Shown: positions 49,659-60,045, counted from the first letter of the stretch. The stretch is DNA of 64,000 bases from Candidatus Fermentibacteraceae bacterium (GCA_016744855.1 JADGDO010000013.1:33301-97300), one strand, 5' to 3'. Notes: generated by a model not told the origin, from the letters alone. Numbers and translations: made by a program.

Positions 49659-50218
49659 TGAATGAGATAAACAAAAAAACAAGCAAAAATAAGCAGCTGT
49701 TAGCTGGTTTGTTTTTTGGGATCATTTTCGGTTTTCTTCTTCAGAAAGGAGGAGCTACAAGTTACGATGTTATTCTCGGACAGCTTCTTCTGACTGATTT
49801 TACTGTGGTTAAGATAATGTTATCAGCCGTGGTCACAGGAATGCTTGGAGTCTACGTACTCAAAGGGATGGGAATGGTGACCCTTACCCCAAAACCGGGT
49901 TCATTCGGTATGAGTGTTATCGGAGGACTGTTGTTCGGAGTCGGTTTTGCACTTCTTGGCTATTGCCCTGGAACCATATCCGGAGCTGTGGGTGACGGGC
50001 ATCTTGATGCTGCAATAGGAGGCGTCGCTGGTATCATCATCGGGTCCGGTCTTTTTGCCGCTCTTTATCCGAAACTTTCCCGGGGTATTCTTAAAAAAGG
50101 ATACTTCGGCACACTTACTCTTCCGGAATTGCTACGGGTAAATAGCTGGTTTGTTGTTATTCCGGTAGCTTTACTTATTCTCTTCATTCTTTACCGTCTT
50201 GAGGCTTCAGGCCTTTAA
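49658..50218 (+). CDS. YeeE/YedE family sulfur-compound transporter, half-protein 2
   Basis: LLGYCPGTISGAVGDG motif. Start overlaps the upstream stop (TGATG). Confidence 0.8.
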   Translation: MNEINKKTSKNKQLLAGLFFGIIFGFLLQKGGATSYDVILGQLLLTDFTVVKIMLSAVVTGMLGVYVLKGMGMVTLTPKPGSFGMSVIGGLLFGVGFALLGYCPGTISGAVGDGHLDAAIGGVAGIIIGSGLFAALYPKLSRGILKKGYFGTLTLPELLRVNSWFVVIPVALLILFILYRLEASGL

Positions 50219-50231
50219 ACAGTGAAGATAA

Positions 50232-50603
50232 GTGGAAATGAGAGGTGATGAAATTAATGACATATTGCATTTGATTTCGCAAATTATTGCCATATTAGGT
50301 GTTGCAGTTATTGTTCGGGGTGTTCTCTTGATCACATATCGACTTTTTCGTCTGGAACTAAAGAGGAGCACTCAGAAGTATATTTTCAAGGAAAGAGAAG
50401 TTCTTCGTCATCAGCTCGGATCCCACTTATTGCTCGGGCTTGAATACATGATCGCAGCAGATATCATTGGTACGATTTCCCATCCAACTCTGAATGATAT
50501 GGCTCTTCTGGGAAGCATTGTTGTTATAAGAACGGTAATCAGCCATTCTTTGCAGCGTGAGGTTGATGAATTCGACCCCCCTGATTCAAGTAAGAGCAAC
50601 TGA
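50232..50603 (+). CDS. Small membrane protein (DUF1622-like), hypothetical
   Basis: Two to three TM helices. Co-directional with and 14 nt downstream of the YeeE pair. Confidence 0.35.
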   Translation: MEMRGDEINDILHLISQIIAILGVAVIVRGVLLITYRLFRLELKRSTQKYIFKEREVLRHQLGSHLLLGLEYMIAADIIGTISHPTLNDMALLGSIVVIRTVISHSLQREVDEFDPPDSSKSN

Positions 50604-50702
50604 CAACGTTAACAAGTAATCCCCGGTTTTCTCCTTTACTTTGGGTCGAATTGAAACATTACTTATGGGCTGGTTGTACGCAGAAATAATCACGGAGTAC
50701 TA

Positions 50703-51137
50703 ATGAGATCGTTTATTGCTATCGTTGTTTCTCTAGTTTCAGTTGCAGGAGCTATTGATAACGGTTTCCCTGATGATCCAACTGGAGTTGAGATAATCGA
50801 CAGGGCTTATTTCAGAGACGTATCTGCCCTTAATGGAGAAGTTCTCTACCTGAGGCTTTTTAATGACGAAGACCAGGGAACAGTTGAACTGTTTAGCGGC
50901 ACTCCCGAAGAGTGCAGTTACAACTGGGAATTGATATACTCTTGGCAACCTCGACTTTATGGCAATGATCCCTACAAGTTTCTTCCGGTATGCGTTATCC
51001 ACCTTCAGGACGATAACAACTCTCTTCGGATTACATGGGTACAAGCACTATTTGCAGAATACATTGAAGGCTTAGGTTCATTCTATTTGGAATACAATCT
51101 TGAAAGTGGAGAAATAAGCGAGTCTTTTGTAGACTAA
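50703..51137 (+). CDS. Small secreted hypothetical protein
   Basis: Signal peptide MRSFIAIVVSLVSVAGA. Confidence 0.4.
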   Translation: MRSFIAIVVSLVSVAGAIDNGFPDDPTGVEIIDRAYFRDVSALNGEVLYLRLFNDEDQGTVELFSGTPEECSYNWELIYSWQPRLYGNDPYKFLPVCVIHLQDDNNSLRITWVQALFAEYIEGLGSFYLEYNLESGEISESFVD

Positions 51138-51262
51138 CTGTTGGCGTGATTGATAATTTATTTCAATTTTAAGGGTTACATCAATGTGAATGATATGGAG
51201 CGCGGCGCATCGGATAGTCTGTCCCGCGCGAGAGATAGGTCTGACTTCTTCTCAATGCTGCG

Positions 51263-51280
51263 TGGCGGATATCCGCCACC
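51263..51280. promoter_or_regulatory. Perfect 18-bp palindrome GTGGCGGATATCCGCCAC in a GC-rich island of an AT-rich intergenic region
   Basis: Read directly from the sequence. A second GC hairpin (gcgcgg-N18-ccgcgc) lies ~30 bp upstream. Confidence 0.3.
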
Positions 51281-51431
51281 CGACATGGTACATGTTTAAG
51301 TTAGTGCTGGATCAGCTGAGCAAACAAATCTCGTTGTGTTACTCTGATTAATGATGATTCGCCTTGCCATCTGGAACTTTGCAGTAAACAATAACTAAAA
51401 CAATTATCAACTACAGAGAAGGGAAGCTCTC

Positions 51432-52904
51432 ATGAAATATGGATTGGGTTTTGTTATTAGTACATTGATTATTCTACTGTTACTAGCTTGTGGAGACAGT
51501 ACCGGGCCGTCTGAGCCTGATCTTACGCCTTCTGTTTTGTCTCTTGCTTTCACAGGAGATTCATCAAAAGCGTTTTCTGAACGGAATGTTTTAAGCGGGA
51601 TAAGGGGCGCTTGTGAACTAACAGTGACATGGACAATCTGCCCGGAGAGTGTCTTTGAGAACTACGTTCTATACAGGTCTGAAACTGCAGGAATAGCTGC
51701 AGATCCTTCCACCGGATTGGTGCTGGGAGTCTTTTCAGATGCCAATAGCAACCAGTACATTGATACTGGTGTTGAATGGGGTAAAGAGTATTTCTATGCT
51801 CTTCGAACACAGGATGAAGATGACAATGGGGTCTGGAGCAACGAGCCATCAATAACAACTCCTGGCACGCTCCCAACCCCTTCGGTTCTCACCGGGGATT
51901 TGTCCCAGGGTAATGTAGTTCTTGAGTGGACCGGATGTCCGGATTCAAACTTCTACTCTTACAGGCTATACCGTTCTCTTGACCCTAATATTCAGAGTGA
52001 TACTACATTTGCAGAAAATCTTTATACTGGAACAAATAGCTCTGATACCATCTTCACAGATTCAGATGTAAACACTGGTTTCGACTACTACTATGCTCTC
52101 TTGACTACTAATACCTCTGGATTCTCCAGTTGGAGCAATGAAGAGCAAGTATCTGTAGTCGGTGATCTTCCCTGGGTGCTATATCTTACTCTGGAGCCTA
52201 CGTCAACCGGCAGAACAGTCAATCTGGCCTGGGAGCCACTGGCCTGTGAAGTTGATGGATACCTGGTTTATTTCAAGGCTGACGCAACAGGTTCATGGGT
52301 TGTTATTGGTGAAAGCACAACAGCAACTTTTACCCACAATGCTACAAATGCGGGGTCTTACGCTGTGAAGGCCTATAAAGGTGAGAACTACTCTTCCGGT
52401 TACTCTAATGAAGTTGATACTATGCCCTCCATCGTATCCGTCACTTACAGTATTTACGACAATTACTCCCCTGCAGATCGCCATAGCGCATTTATTTTCG
52501 GAGAGTCGGGCGGGCAGACTGGAATGGCACCAAGTGCGGACTTTGTCCAGGATATTTATGCCTATGATGATTCAAAAGGGGATAATGATGTGTCTCTTTA
52601 CAGCGGCAACTTCGGACCATTTGGAAACGGCAATCAGAGTTCTTTTCAGGAGCCAAGTGCTGGAGAATATGGTAACTGTGACCCCGATGGAACCTGGTTT
52701 TCTACTTCATATCCGCTTTATACCTCTGACTCGGTTGTTTTTGTACAGATGCCCTTCATGAGCGGAACAAATGCATACGCAAAGATCTACGGGCTCTCTG
52801 TTACTCCAGACCCTACCACAAACCATGGAACCATGATCAGTTTCTCATACGAGTACCAGACGAATGATCTTGGACTGACTCTTTTCACCAGTAACTCGCA
52901 ATAG
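51432..52904 (+). CDS. Lipoprotein with fibronectin type III-like repeats, hypothetical
   Basis: Lipobox LLLACGD. Repeated W..CP...F..Y.LYRS modules suggest FN3/Ig-like domains. Confidence 0.5.
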   Translation: MKYGLGFVISTLIILLLLACGDSTGPSEPDLTPSVLSLAFTGDSSKAFSERNVLSGIRGACELTVTWTICPESVFENYVLYRSETAGIAADPSTGLVLGVFSDANSNQYIDTGVEWGKEYFYALRTQDEDDNGVWSNEPSITTPGTLPTPSVLTGDLSQGNVVLEWTGCPDSNFYSYRLYRSLDPNIQSDTTFAENLYTGTNSSDTIFTDSDVNTGFDYYYALLTTNTSGFSSWSNEEQVSVVGDLPWVLYLTLEPTSTGRTVNLAWEPLACEVDGYLVYFKADATGSWVVIGESTTATFTHNATNAGSYAVKAYKGENYSSGYSNEVDTMPSIVSVTYSIYDNYSPADRHSAFIFGESGGQTGMAPSADFVQDIYAYDDSKGDNDVSLYSGNFGPFGNGNQSSFQEPSAGEYGNCDPDGTWFSTSYPLYTSDSVVFVQMPFMSGTNAYAKIYGLSVTPDPTTNHGTMISFSYEYQTNDLGLTLFTSNSQ

Positions 52905-52986
52905 TTAACAGTTGATCCAACAGTTCAGAAGTAAGGGCCCGGGATAAAAATCCCGGGCTCTTACATTTGAGATATCAAATTAAGCT

Positions 52987-55671
52987 CTACTCCGCGAACA
53001 TATCCTCTTCGGTGAGGGTGCCTGCGATAGATATGAACCATTCATTCGAAACAAGGTGCTCCTCAGCAGCAGAGCGGATGTCGCACGGGGTCAACTCCAA
53101 TACACTTTTTAGATAGGTCTGGTGCCAGTCCAGGGGCTTTCCTCGGGCCTGAAGGGCTGTAAGAGTGTATGCTAGATCAGAGTAGGTCATGGCAGAAAGA
53201 GCCTGTTCCCCTGCAATGTTTGCCTGTGCAAGACGTAATTCAATATCGAGTACATTCTCTGTCGATATTTTATTCAACTCGTTTAAAACCGAAACAAGGG
53301 CTTGGGGAGCATAGTCTGCAAGAGTAGTGAGATACGCAATGAAGTAACCCGAGCTACCCATTTCTATCTCCCAGCTTCCGACTCCGTATGCAAGACCTTG
53401 CTCATCACGGATACTGTGCCCCAGCCTGGAGCCCAGACCTCCTCCAAGTATTTTGTTCATTGTGGAGAAAGCAGGATACTCTGGATGATCTGCTCCTGGG
53501 GAGGGCCTGGACACCAGTATGGCTGCTTGAGTTCTTCCTGCCATATAGGTTACCACAGTGTCTCCCGGTAGCTGAGAAAACCGGGGAAGAGTAATTTGGG
53601 GCAAAGGTTCCTGGGGATTTGTCCACTCTCCGAAATATCTTTCAGTCAGCAGCAAGACCTCTTCAGGGTTCACATCACCCACAACTGTTATAACAGACCC
53701 TTCCGGTCTACAGCATAGATTGTAAAAGTTCACAGCGTCCGCATGGGTGATTCTTTCCAGAGTTTCGGCTGTAACATTGGGAGAATAATCAGGAGACTCT
53801 GCACTGATTACTCTCAGGCTTTCATAAGCTGTGTTGAATATGTTCTCAGCAGATTGAGCCAGTCTTGAATACTGACCATTCATAACTCTGTCAAAATCAG
53901 ATTCTCTAAAAGCCGGTCTTAGCAAAAGGTCCGCTGCCGTTACAAATCCCGTTTCGATATCTTCTGACAGCATGGTTGACATCGCGACGGAGTTGTTCCA
54001 ACTGGTAAAGAAACGCAGATATGCTCCCTCAATCTCAAGCCTGTTGTGAAAGTCAGCGTATTCAAGTTCCATGGTTCCCTGCATCATTGTCTCACTGGTT
54101 ACAGTAGCAAGTCCACTCAACTCATCGGGGTGCATATTTGTGCCCAAAGGAACTGAAACACACAAAGAGACAACTGGAAATGTATGATCTTCACGCACGA
54201 GGAGTTGCAAACCGTTATCAAACTGATATTCAACAACACCTTCAGCAACTGATGCAACAGGAGGGGTAAGGAATTCATCAGGTATCTCCAGGCCTTCAAA
54301 GTTCATGGATGAAGGCTCAGCAACACCCGTTGGCAGGTCCTGGCCTGCAATACCTCCAGCTCCACCAATTTCAGATGGAACAAGAACAGCAATATTCACA
54401 AGGTCTCTCTCAAAGTATGTAGAGGCCGCCTCTCTGATATCAGAATTAGTTAGATGTTCTATCTGAGCCATCTGCTTTTGTTTAAAAAGAGGGTCATTGA
54501 ATTTTGCGTAAGAGAGAGAGTAATTCAATGCAAGTCCCAGTGGGTTGGAATTCCCCAGTATTTCTGCTGCTCGGTACCTGTTACGCAGACCATTCAGAGT
54601 TTCCACAGGAATCCCGTTGTCAGTAATATCTTCCAGTTCATTCCAGATTATGGAAGTAATGTCATCAATGGTTGCTCCTCCATCTTCAGGAGGGTTCATG
54701 GTTACATAAATAGTGAATAGGCCGGAATCCATGTTGCTTTCATTCCATGACCAGACCCCATGTGCAAGTTCTGTATCAATAAGCAACTCTCTTAGTCTGG
54801 CTGATCTTCCGTTGGAGAGATGAACAGCAATCAGGGTCATGACTGGGTTCACAGGGTGAAAACCGGATGGGGAGTGAAAAGACATGGCGAATCTGGGCAG
54901 GTTTGAAGCGTGCTCAATCTGCACGAAACCCGGCTCTGTCTGCACAGGTTCAGGAGCTATTTCTTCATCAGGAACACTTCCCGCTGCTATATCCCCAAAG
55001 TAATATTCAACCATTGGAAGAAGCTCTGCTGTATTGAAATCACCCACAAGGGAAAGCACAGCATTAGAAGGACAGTAATAACGGTCATAAAAGTCTCTGA
55101 CCATGTTGTGATCATATCCCAGAATGTTTTCGTCATACCCGAGCACAGGCTTTCCGTAAGGGTGCTCTTTGTATGCCATTCCCCATAAAGCTTCCTGCAA
55201 AGCGCCGTCTGCACTGTCGATGTTGTTCATACGCCGTTCTTCATGCACTACATTGATCTCTGAGACAACTTCAGCTGAGTCCATCAGGCAGTTAACCATT
55301 CTGTCACTTTCTATCATCAATGCATCTTCCACTCTACTGGATGGCAGCATGAGGTAGTAGTAGGTAACATCCTTACCTTCCATTGCATTGCTGTAACCAC
55401 CGTCTCTCTGAACTATTTGCCAGAAACGGCCGTAGGGCATATCCGGTGTGCCCTTGAACATCATGTGCTCGCAAAAATGGCTGATTCCCAGGTTGGCACC
55501 TGACTCATTTCTGGAACCGGCACCATAGGTTATAACTGACGCCACAACAGGAGCGTAGTGCAATTCCTGTGTTATCACCGTGAGCCCGTTATCAAGCACA
55601 GTTACAAGAGGTTCATCTGAAATCGCTGAAGAAACACAAACAGCAATCAGTACAAGCATCAATCTACCCAT
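52987..55671 (-). CDS. Tandem peptidase M16 (pitrilysin/insulinase family, ~900 aa secreted form)
   Basis: Inverted zinc motif HFCEHMMFKGT in the first unit and a second inactive-type M16 unit. Signal peptide at the internal Met MGRLMLVLIAVCVSSA. The ORF extends to 55746. Confidence 0.85.
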   Translation of the reverse strand: MGRLMLVLIAVCVSSAISDEPLVTVLDNGLTVITQELHYAPVVASVITYGAGSRNESGANLGISHFCEHMMFKGTPDMPYGRFWQIVQRDGGYSNAMEGKDVTYYYLMLPSSRVEDALMIESDRMVNCLMDSAEVVSEINVVHEERRMNNIDSADGALQEALWGMAYKEHPYGKPVLGYDENILGYDHNMVRDFYDRYYCPSNAVLSLVGDFNTAELLPMVEYYFGDIAAGSVPDEEIAPEPVQTEPGFVQIEHASNLPRFAMSFHSPSGFHPVNPVMTLIAVHLSNGRSARLRELLIDTELAHGVWSWNESNMDSGLFTIYVTMNPPEDGGATIDDITSIIWNELEDITDNGIPVETLNGLRNRYRAAEILGNSNPLGLALNYSLSYAKFNDPLFKQKQMAQIEHLTNSDIREAASTYFERDLVNIAVLVPSEIGGAGGIAGQDLPTGVAEPSSMNFEGLEIPDEFLTPPVASVAEGVVEYQFDNGLQLLVREDHTFPVVSLCVSVPLGTNMHPDELSGLATVTSETMMQGTMELEYADFHNRLEIEGAYLRFFTSWNNSVAMSTMLSEDIETGFVTAADLLLRPAFRESDFDRVMNGQYSRLAQSAENIFNTAYESLRVISAESPDYSPNVTAETLERITHADAVNFYNLCCRPEGSVITVVGDVNPEEVLLLTERYFGEWTNPQEPLPQITLPRFSQLPGDTVVTYMAGRTQAAILVSRPSPGADHPEYPAFSTMNKILGGGLGSRLGHSIRDEQGLAYGVGSWEIEMGSSGYFIAYLTTLADYAPQALVSVLNELNKISTENVLDIELRLAQANIAGEQALSAMTYSDLAYTLTALQARGKPLDWHQTYLKSVLELTPCDIRSAAEEHLVSNEWFISIAGTLTEEDMFAE

Positions 55672-55968
55672 GAAAACCAGCCTTTCAAATGAGGAGAAAC
55701 AGAAGATAAGTAACTTGATTATGCTAAAATAGGATAACATCAGCAAATAAACAAGATTATTCCACTTGCTACAAAGAGGGGAGAGCTAACTTTTAGGGTG
55801 CAAATAGCATTGGTGGTCTATCGGTGCGGATACTAAATGCTTGCCTTGTCAGAAAATCTCTCATACACACTTGTTTCATTACCGTAGTTGATACATAATC
55901 TGATATTGCCTTTTAATCTGCTTGTTTCCTGGTATCACCTCACTGATACAGCACTGAATGGAGACTAA

Positions 55969-57654
55969 ATGAAAAAATGCATATTTGTAGCTCTATGCTT
56001 CATGCTGTCGAGTGTTTCTTCCGGTTTCAGTAATTTGACATCTGAAGTAGCCTTACCTTCTGACTTTCCGGAACTTGTATTGAACACAGCGGGGTCTCCT
56101 GAAGACGGTAACTATTTTCTCGGGTCTCTTACTGCAAGTGACGCAACCAGCAGCTCATATCTCATCATAGTAGACAACGATGCACAACCTTTGTTCTACT
56201 GGCATTGGACAAAGGGTATCTTTTGTGTAAAAATTCAACCGAACAATCTACTTTCATTTGGAACAAGGTTACCTGGAAACACAATCTCCTGGCTCGTCAT
56301 GGACAGTACTTACGCCTTTATAGATACGTTCACAGTAAATGACTATACAACAGACATCCATGATTTTACCATGCTGGAAAACGGTCATTCTCTCCTTATG
56401 GGTGTTGAATCACGAACCGTAGACATGTCACTGGTTGTTCCAGGGGGGAACCCCAATGCTACTGTTCTGGGCTTGTTGATACAGGAACAGGACGAGGATC
56501 ACAATACCGTCTTTGAATGGACCAGTTTCGATCACTTTGAAGTTACCGATGCTACATATCTGGTAGATCTTACCGCCGCTACTATAGATTATGTACACTG
56601 TAATTCGCTCTCTGCAGACGCAGATGGCAACATACTGGTATCATGCCTGGCAATGAATCAGTGTGTAAAAATAGACAGATCAACCGGAGATGTTATTTGG
56701 AGGTTGGGTGGTGTCGACGCAGATTCGAGCAGTTTCACTATCGTGGGTGACCCATTGGGCGGCTTCAGCGCACATCACGATTTTCAGTCTTCAGGAAACG
56801 GCCTCTACACTCTGTTCGATAACGGCAAAACCCATAATCCTCAGATATCGCGGGGCCTTGAATACCAGCTTGATACAAATGATATGACAGCGACTCTTGT
56901 CTGGAGTTATCAGGAAACGGGATTGTTTGGAACGCACCTGGGTTCCGTACAAAGAATCCCGGGGGGAAACTACGTAATTGGGTGGGGTGATCTTGAAGGC
57001 ACAAACACTTTCTCCGATCTAACAGAGGTTAATCCTGACGGAACCGAAGAACACTCCATGCGATTCGTTGACACGATTATGGAAAGCTACAGAGCCTACA
57101 AGTACCAGTGGGAAGGGCAGGCTGTCGTGCCCTATCTTATTGCCGAAGTTGATATTGTGAACAGCACTGCAATACTTACCTACAATGTGTTCGGCGACAA
57201 CCAGTACGACATGTACAGAATTTGGCAGAGCACAGATCCTACTCAGTTGACCCCACTTCTTCTTACCCCGGAGCGGCAGGCTTCTATTTGGGCACTGCCA
57301 ACCGGCTGGAATTACTTTGCAGTTTCCGCAATTGATTCTGATTCAGAAGAAACCGAACTTTCTAACATTGATTCAGTCTTTGTGGATTGGACAGGAATTA
57401 ATATCGAATCAAATGATACCCCTCTTACTGGAATTGTCTACCCGAACCCTGCATCCAGCTTTGTTAATGTCCAATTGAACACTATTGAGCAGGAACCAAT
57501 TCGTATAGATTTCTTTGATATTTCAGGAAGAATTGCGATGACACACCACGAAACAGGAGAATTGTCGACAGCAGAGCTTCCTGCTGGAGTATACACTGTG
57601 CATGCTTCAAGCGAATGGGGTAATTTCACACAGAATATCGTGATACTGAGATAA
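55969..57654 (+). CDS. Arylsulfotransferase (ASST)-like beta-propeller protein with T9SS C-terminal sorting domain
   Basis: YVHCNSLSADADGNILVSCLAMNQCVKIDRSTGDVIWRLGG matches the ASST family core. C-terminal motif GVYTVHASSEWGNFTQNIVILR. Confidence 0.65.
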   Translation: MKKCIFVALCFMLSSVSSGFSNLTSEVALPSDFPELVLNTAGSPEDGNYFLGSLTASDATSSSYLIIVDNDAQPLFYWHWTKGIFCVKIQPNNLLSFGTRLPGNTISWLVMDSTYAFIDTFTVNDYTTDIHDFTMLENGHSLLMGVESRTVDMSLVVPGGNPNATVLGLLIQEQDEDHNTVFEWTSFDHFEVTDATYLVDLTAATIDYVHCNSLSADADGNILVSCLAMNQCVKIDRSTGDVIWRLGGVDADSSSFTIVGDPLGGFSAHHDFQSSGNGLYTLFDNGKTHNPQISRGLEYQLDTNDMTATLVWSYQETGLFGTHLGSVQRIPGGNYVIGWGDLEGTNTFSDLTEVNPDGTEEHSMRFVDTIMESYRAYKYQWEGQAVVPYLIAEVDIVNSTAILTYNVFGDNQYDMYRIWQSTDPTQLTPLLLTPERQASIWALPTGWNYFAVSAIDSDSEETELSNIDSVFVDWTGINIESNDTPLTGIVYPNPASSFVNVQLNTIEQEPIRIDFFDISGRIAMTHHETGELSTAELPAGVYTVHASSEWGNFTQNIVILR

Positions 57655-57684
57655 GATAATGTTATTACATTAATTCATCTGAAT

Positions 57685-57715
57685 CGGGGAGTCTACTGAT
57701 GAAGTAGACCCCCCG
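57685..57715. terminator. Bidirectional hairpin terminator between convergent genes
   Basis: cggggagtctac-tgatgaa-gtagacccccc with a flanking A/T run. Confidence 0.5.
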
Positions 57716-57771
57716 GTTCAGAAAAAAAGCGTTAATAAGTGTCCAAGGTTTTCTTCCGTATTATTCTTGTT

Positions 57772-58497
57772 CTAAAACAACCTGCGTATTGAGAGAGTTA
57801 CAGAAAGGTCATTATCGTTGGCTCCCTGTAGCTGAGCTTGAGGGCCAATTCCTGAACTGTTAGTAAAGCCGAGAAGAAATTGATGACCCCAGGTGTTATA
57901 GCGCCCTCCGAATGCAAAGGTATCATTCATCTCTTCTTCTCCTGGATAGGGGAAGTATTCACCAATCAGACTGATTCTCTCAGCTGTTTGGATTTCCATT
58001 CCAAAGCCAAAACCGGATTCATCTTCGTAGCCATCAAAAATGTAGTTAACTGCAGGTTTAAACATTTTGCATGGGGAGATTGCGGATACGCTGAGTGTTG
58101 CGAACAAATCACCCTCTCTGTCAGAAAGGCTTCCTGGTTTTACGCTGCTGTATCCGAGTAGCGCACCGAGTTTGACTCCAGTCGTTGAAACGCTCTCATT
58201 CCATGAGGAATAGATGGTATTTGTGTGACCTATTCTTGTATGGCTTAATCCCAAGTTGATTCCATCAGTAATGAAGTAACTTGTACCAAAGCGAACGTTG
58301 GCACCATCATCCATTCCGAAGAGTGAATTCAGGGGATCATCTTTCAGCGCATTTCCAAAGAAGCGATGGTTCATTGAGAATTCTATGCTGCCGGCTTCAA
58401 TTTCCGGTACGGGGGAGTAGAGATTGAAAAAACTGCTGCTGTAGCCTGAAGCAACACCACAGAGAACTACAGCAATTAACAAGGTAATACATTTCAT
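57772..58497 (-). CDS. Outer-membrane beta-barrel protein, hypothetical (last gene of the DOMON operon)
   Basis: Signal peptide, alternating amphipathic beta strands, C-terminal aromatic residue (…RRLF). RBS AAGGAG. Confidence 0.5.
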   Translation of the reverse strand: MKCITLLIAVVLCGVASGYSSSFFNLYSPVPEIEAGSIEFSMNHRFFGNALKDDPLNSLFGMDDGANVRFGTSYFITDGINLGLSHTRIGHTNTIYSSWNESVSTTGVKLGALLGYSSVKPGSLSDREGDLFATLSVSAISPCKMFKPAVNYIFDGYEDESGFGFGMEIQTAERISLIGEYFPYPGEEEMNDTFAFGGRYNTWGHQFLLGFTNSSGIGPQAQLQGANDNDLSVTLSIRRLF

Positions 58498-58521
58498 TTG
58501 AAACTCCTTAGGAAAAATATG

Positions 58522-59079
58522 CTAGAGTTCTATTGATACAACTCCTGCCCATTCATGGCCTGAAGTGAAATCATCTGCGCCATTCTGTCCATAAGCGAAA
58601 ATCATCGAATAGGTGTTTCCGTCTACAAGTACTTTGTCGTACTGATCTCCGGAATCCAGAGGAATTCTGAATTCTATCTTTGTTTCACCTGCTGATTCTC
58701 GTCCGGAGATTATTTCAATGTCAGAAGTTCCACCAAGATTTGTGTCTGCGTCATGTGTTACCTGCCCTGTACCGAAATCATCCCTGAGGAATACGGTGTC
58801 ATTTTCGACATACCCTATAAGTAGATTGGCACCTTCCATGTATGAGGTTGGATCGAACCCTATTGCTATCCAACCGCTAGTCTCTGCAGTAACTATTACT
58901 CTTAAAGTGCTGGTGGAGTCTTCAGTTTTCCATTCAAAAAAGAATAAGTCTCCGACCATGTATTCTGACCAGCCATCGTCTCCCTCGGTGGGGCCGGTTG
59001 TATCATCTCCACATCCTGTTATTGAAGTCACTATAAGGAGAAATAAGAGGCTTACGAGAGTGTAAGACATTGTCTTCAT
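58522..59079 (-). CDS. DOMON-like domain lipoprotein, paralog 1 (candidate b-type heme binding)
   Basis: Lipobox ITGCGD. Conserved core W.A.GF.PT..M..A...IGY...D.V.LRDDFG....H..D..LGG shared with two paralogs. Conserved Met and His. Confidence 0.5.
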   Translation of the reverse strand: MKTMSYTLVSLLFLLIVTSITGCGDDTTGPTEGDDGWSEYMVGDLFFFEWKTEDSTSTLRVIVTAETSGWIAIGFDPTSYMEGANLLIGYVENDTVFLRDDFGTGQVTHDADTNLGGTSDIEIISGRESAGETKIEFRIPLDSGDQYDKVLVDGNTYSMIFAYGQNGADDFTSGHEWAGVVSIEL

Positions 59080-59095
59080 CCATAGCTCCTTTCTT

Positions 59096-59653
59096 TTAAT
59101 CTATCGTAATTTCAAGGGTCTCTGCCCAGGAATGATATCCACTGTAGTTGTCGGCATCATCAGGTCCATAGGCAAGAAGAACTTTGACAGTTCCTCCTAC
59201 TTCCAGAAATTTGTCGTATTCATCAGTTGAGCCAAGTGGGATGGAAAAGAGAATATGGGTACTCCCAGCGTTTTCCTCTCCCGATATTATTGTTACATCA
59301 TCAGTTCCACCGAGCTCGATGTCTGATTTATGGCTTGTAAAACCATCACCAAAATCATCTCTCAGAAAAACATCTCCATTTTCGATGTAGCCTATAACCA
59401 TATCTGCATCCTTCATTGCTCTGGTTGGTTCAAAACCGACAGCTACCCAGCCAGTTGTTGGTGCTGTTATGTCTATTTCAAGATTTGTGGCGTTTGCCGC
59501 CCAGGAGAACTCGACTCCTTCGGATACATATGTATTTCCTGATTCTGAGGATTGAACAGGCTCTTCTCCGTGAGCCGGCGAGCCGCACCCGAGAGCAATA
59601 GTTAAACAGAGAACAGACAAGTGTATTCCAATTCGAGGATTTGGACCTTCCAT
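59096..59653 (-). CDS. DOMON-like domain lipoprotein, paralog 2
   Basis: Start at ATG 59653 with strong RBS AAGGAAGGAAATA. Lipobox IALGCG. Same conserved core as paralog 1. Confidence 0.5.
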   Translation of the reverse strand: MEGPNPRIGIHLSVLCLTIALGCGSPAHGEEPVQSSESGNTYVSEGVEFSWAANATNLEIDITAPTTGWVAVGFEPTRAMKDADMVIGYIENGDVFLRDDFGDGFTSHKSDIELGGTDDVTIISGEENAGSTHILFSIPLGSTDEYDKFLEVGGTVKVLLAYGPDDADNYSGYHSWAETLEITID

Positions 59654-59765
59654 TATTTCCTTCCTTTCCTTCTGAATGAACTTGTGTAGCATTGGGGAAC
59701 TCTTTACACCTTTAGTATGTATTATGATTAATGGGGTGAAGTAATGAAAGGGCAAATATTTACAG

Positions 59766-59999
59766 GTGTTTGCCGAATCGGGGGAGGGTATCATCAACAA
59801 GCAGAGAGCTTTGAGAATCGTTAATCCGATAATGTTTATTCTGGTTTTTTATCAGGGGGTTACAGGATTTTTCAGAGAACAGATGTATTCACATTTCAAG
59901 GCTGTTCATCCTATAGCAGGTGGTTTGCTACTTTTGTTTGCTCTTATTCACTTGTCCTTGAATTGGGGGTGGGTAAAAAAACAGTACGGAAGTAAATAG
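59766..59999 (+). CDS. Small 2-TM membrane protein with conserved His residues (DUF4405/cytochrome-b-like), hypothetical
   Basis: GTG start. Two TM helices containing His (SHFKAVHP, IHLSLNW). Immediately upstream of DOMON paralog 3. Confidence 0.4.
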   Translation: MFAESGEGIINKQRALRIVNPIMFILVFYQGVTGFFREQMYSHFKAVHPIAGGLLLLFALIHLSLNWGWVKKQYGSK

Positions 60000-60045
60000 C
60001 CAATTTGAATTGGAATTTCCAGATTACACCAGAGGAGGGGATGTT

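Noticed and set aside
59096-59800. Apparent overlap of the second DOMON gene with the plus-strand small membrane-protein gene
   Set aside because: The DOMON paralog most likely starts at the internal ATG at 59653 (strong RBS, lipobox right after), which removes the overlap. The 59654..59800 extension is probably untranslated.
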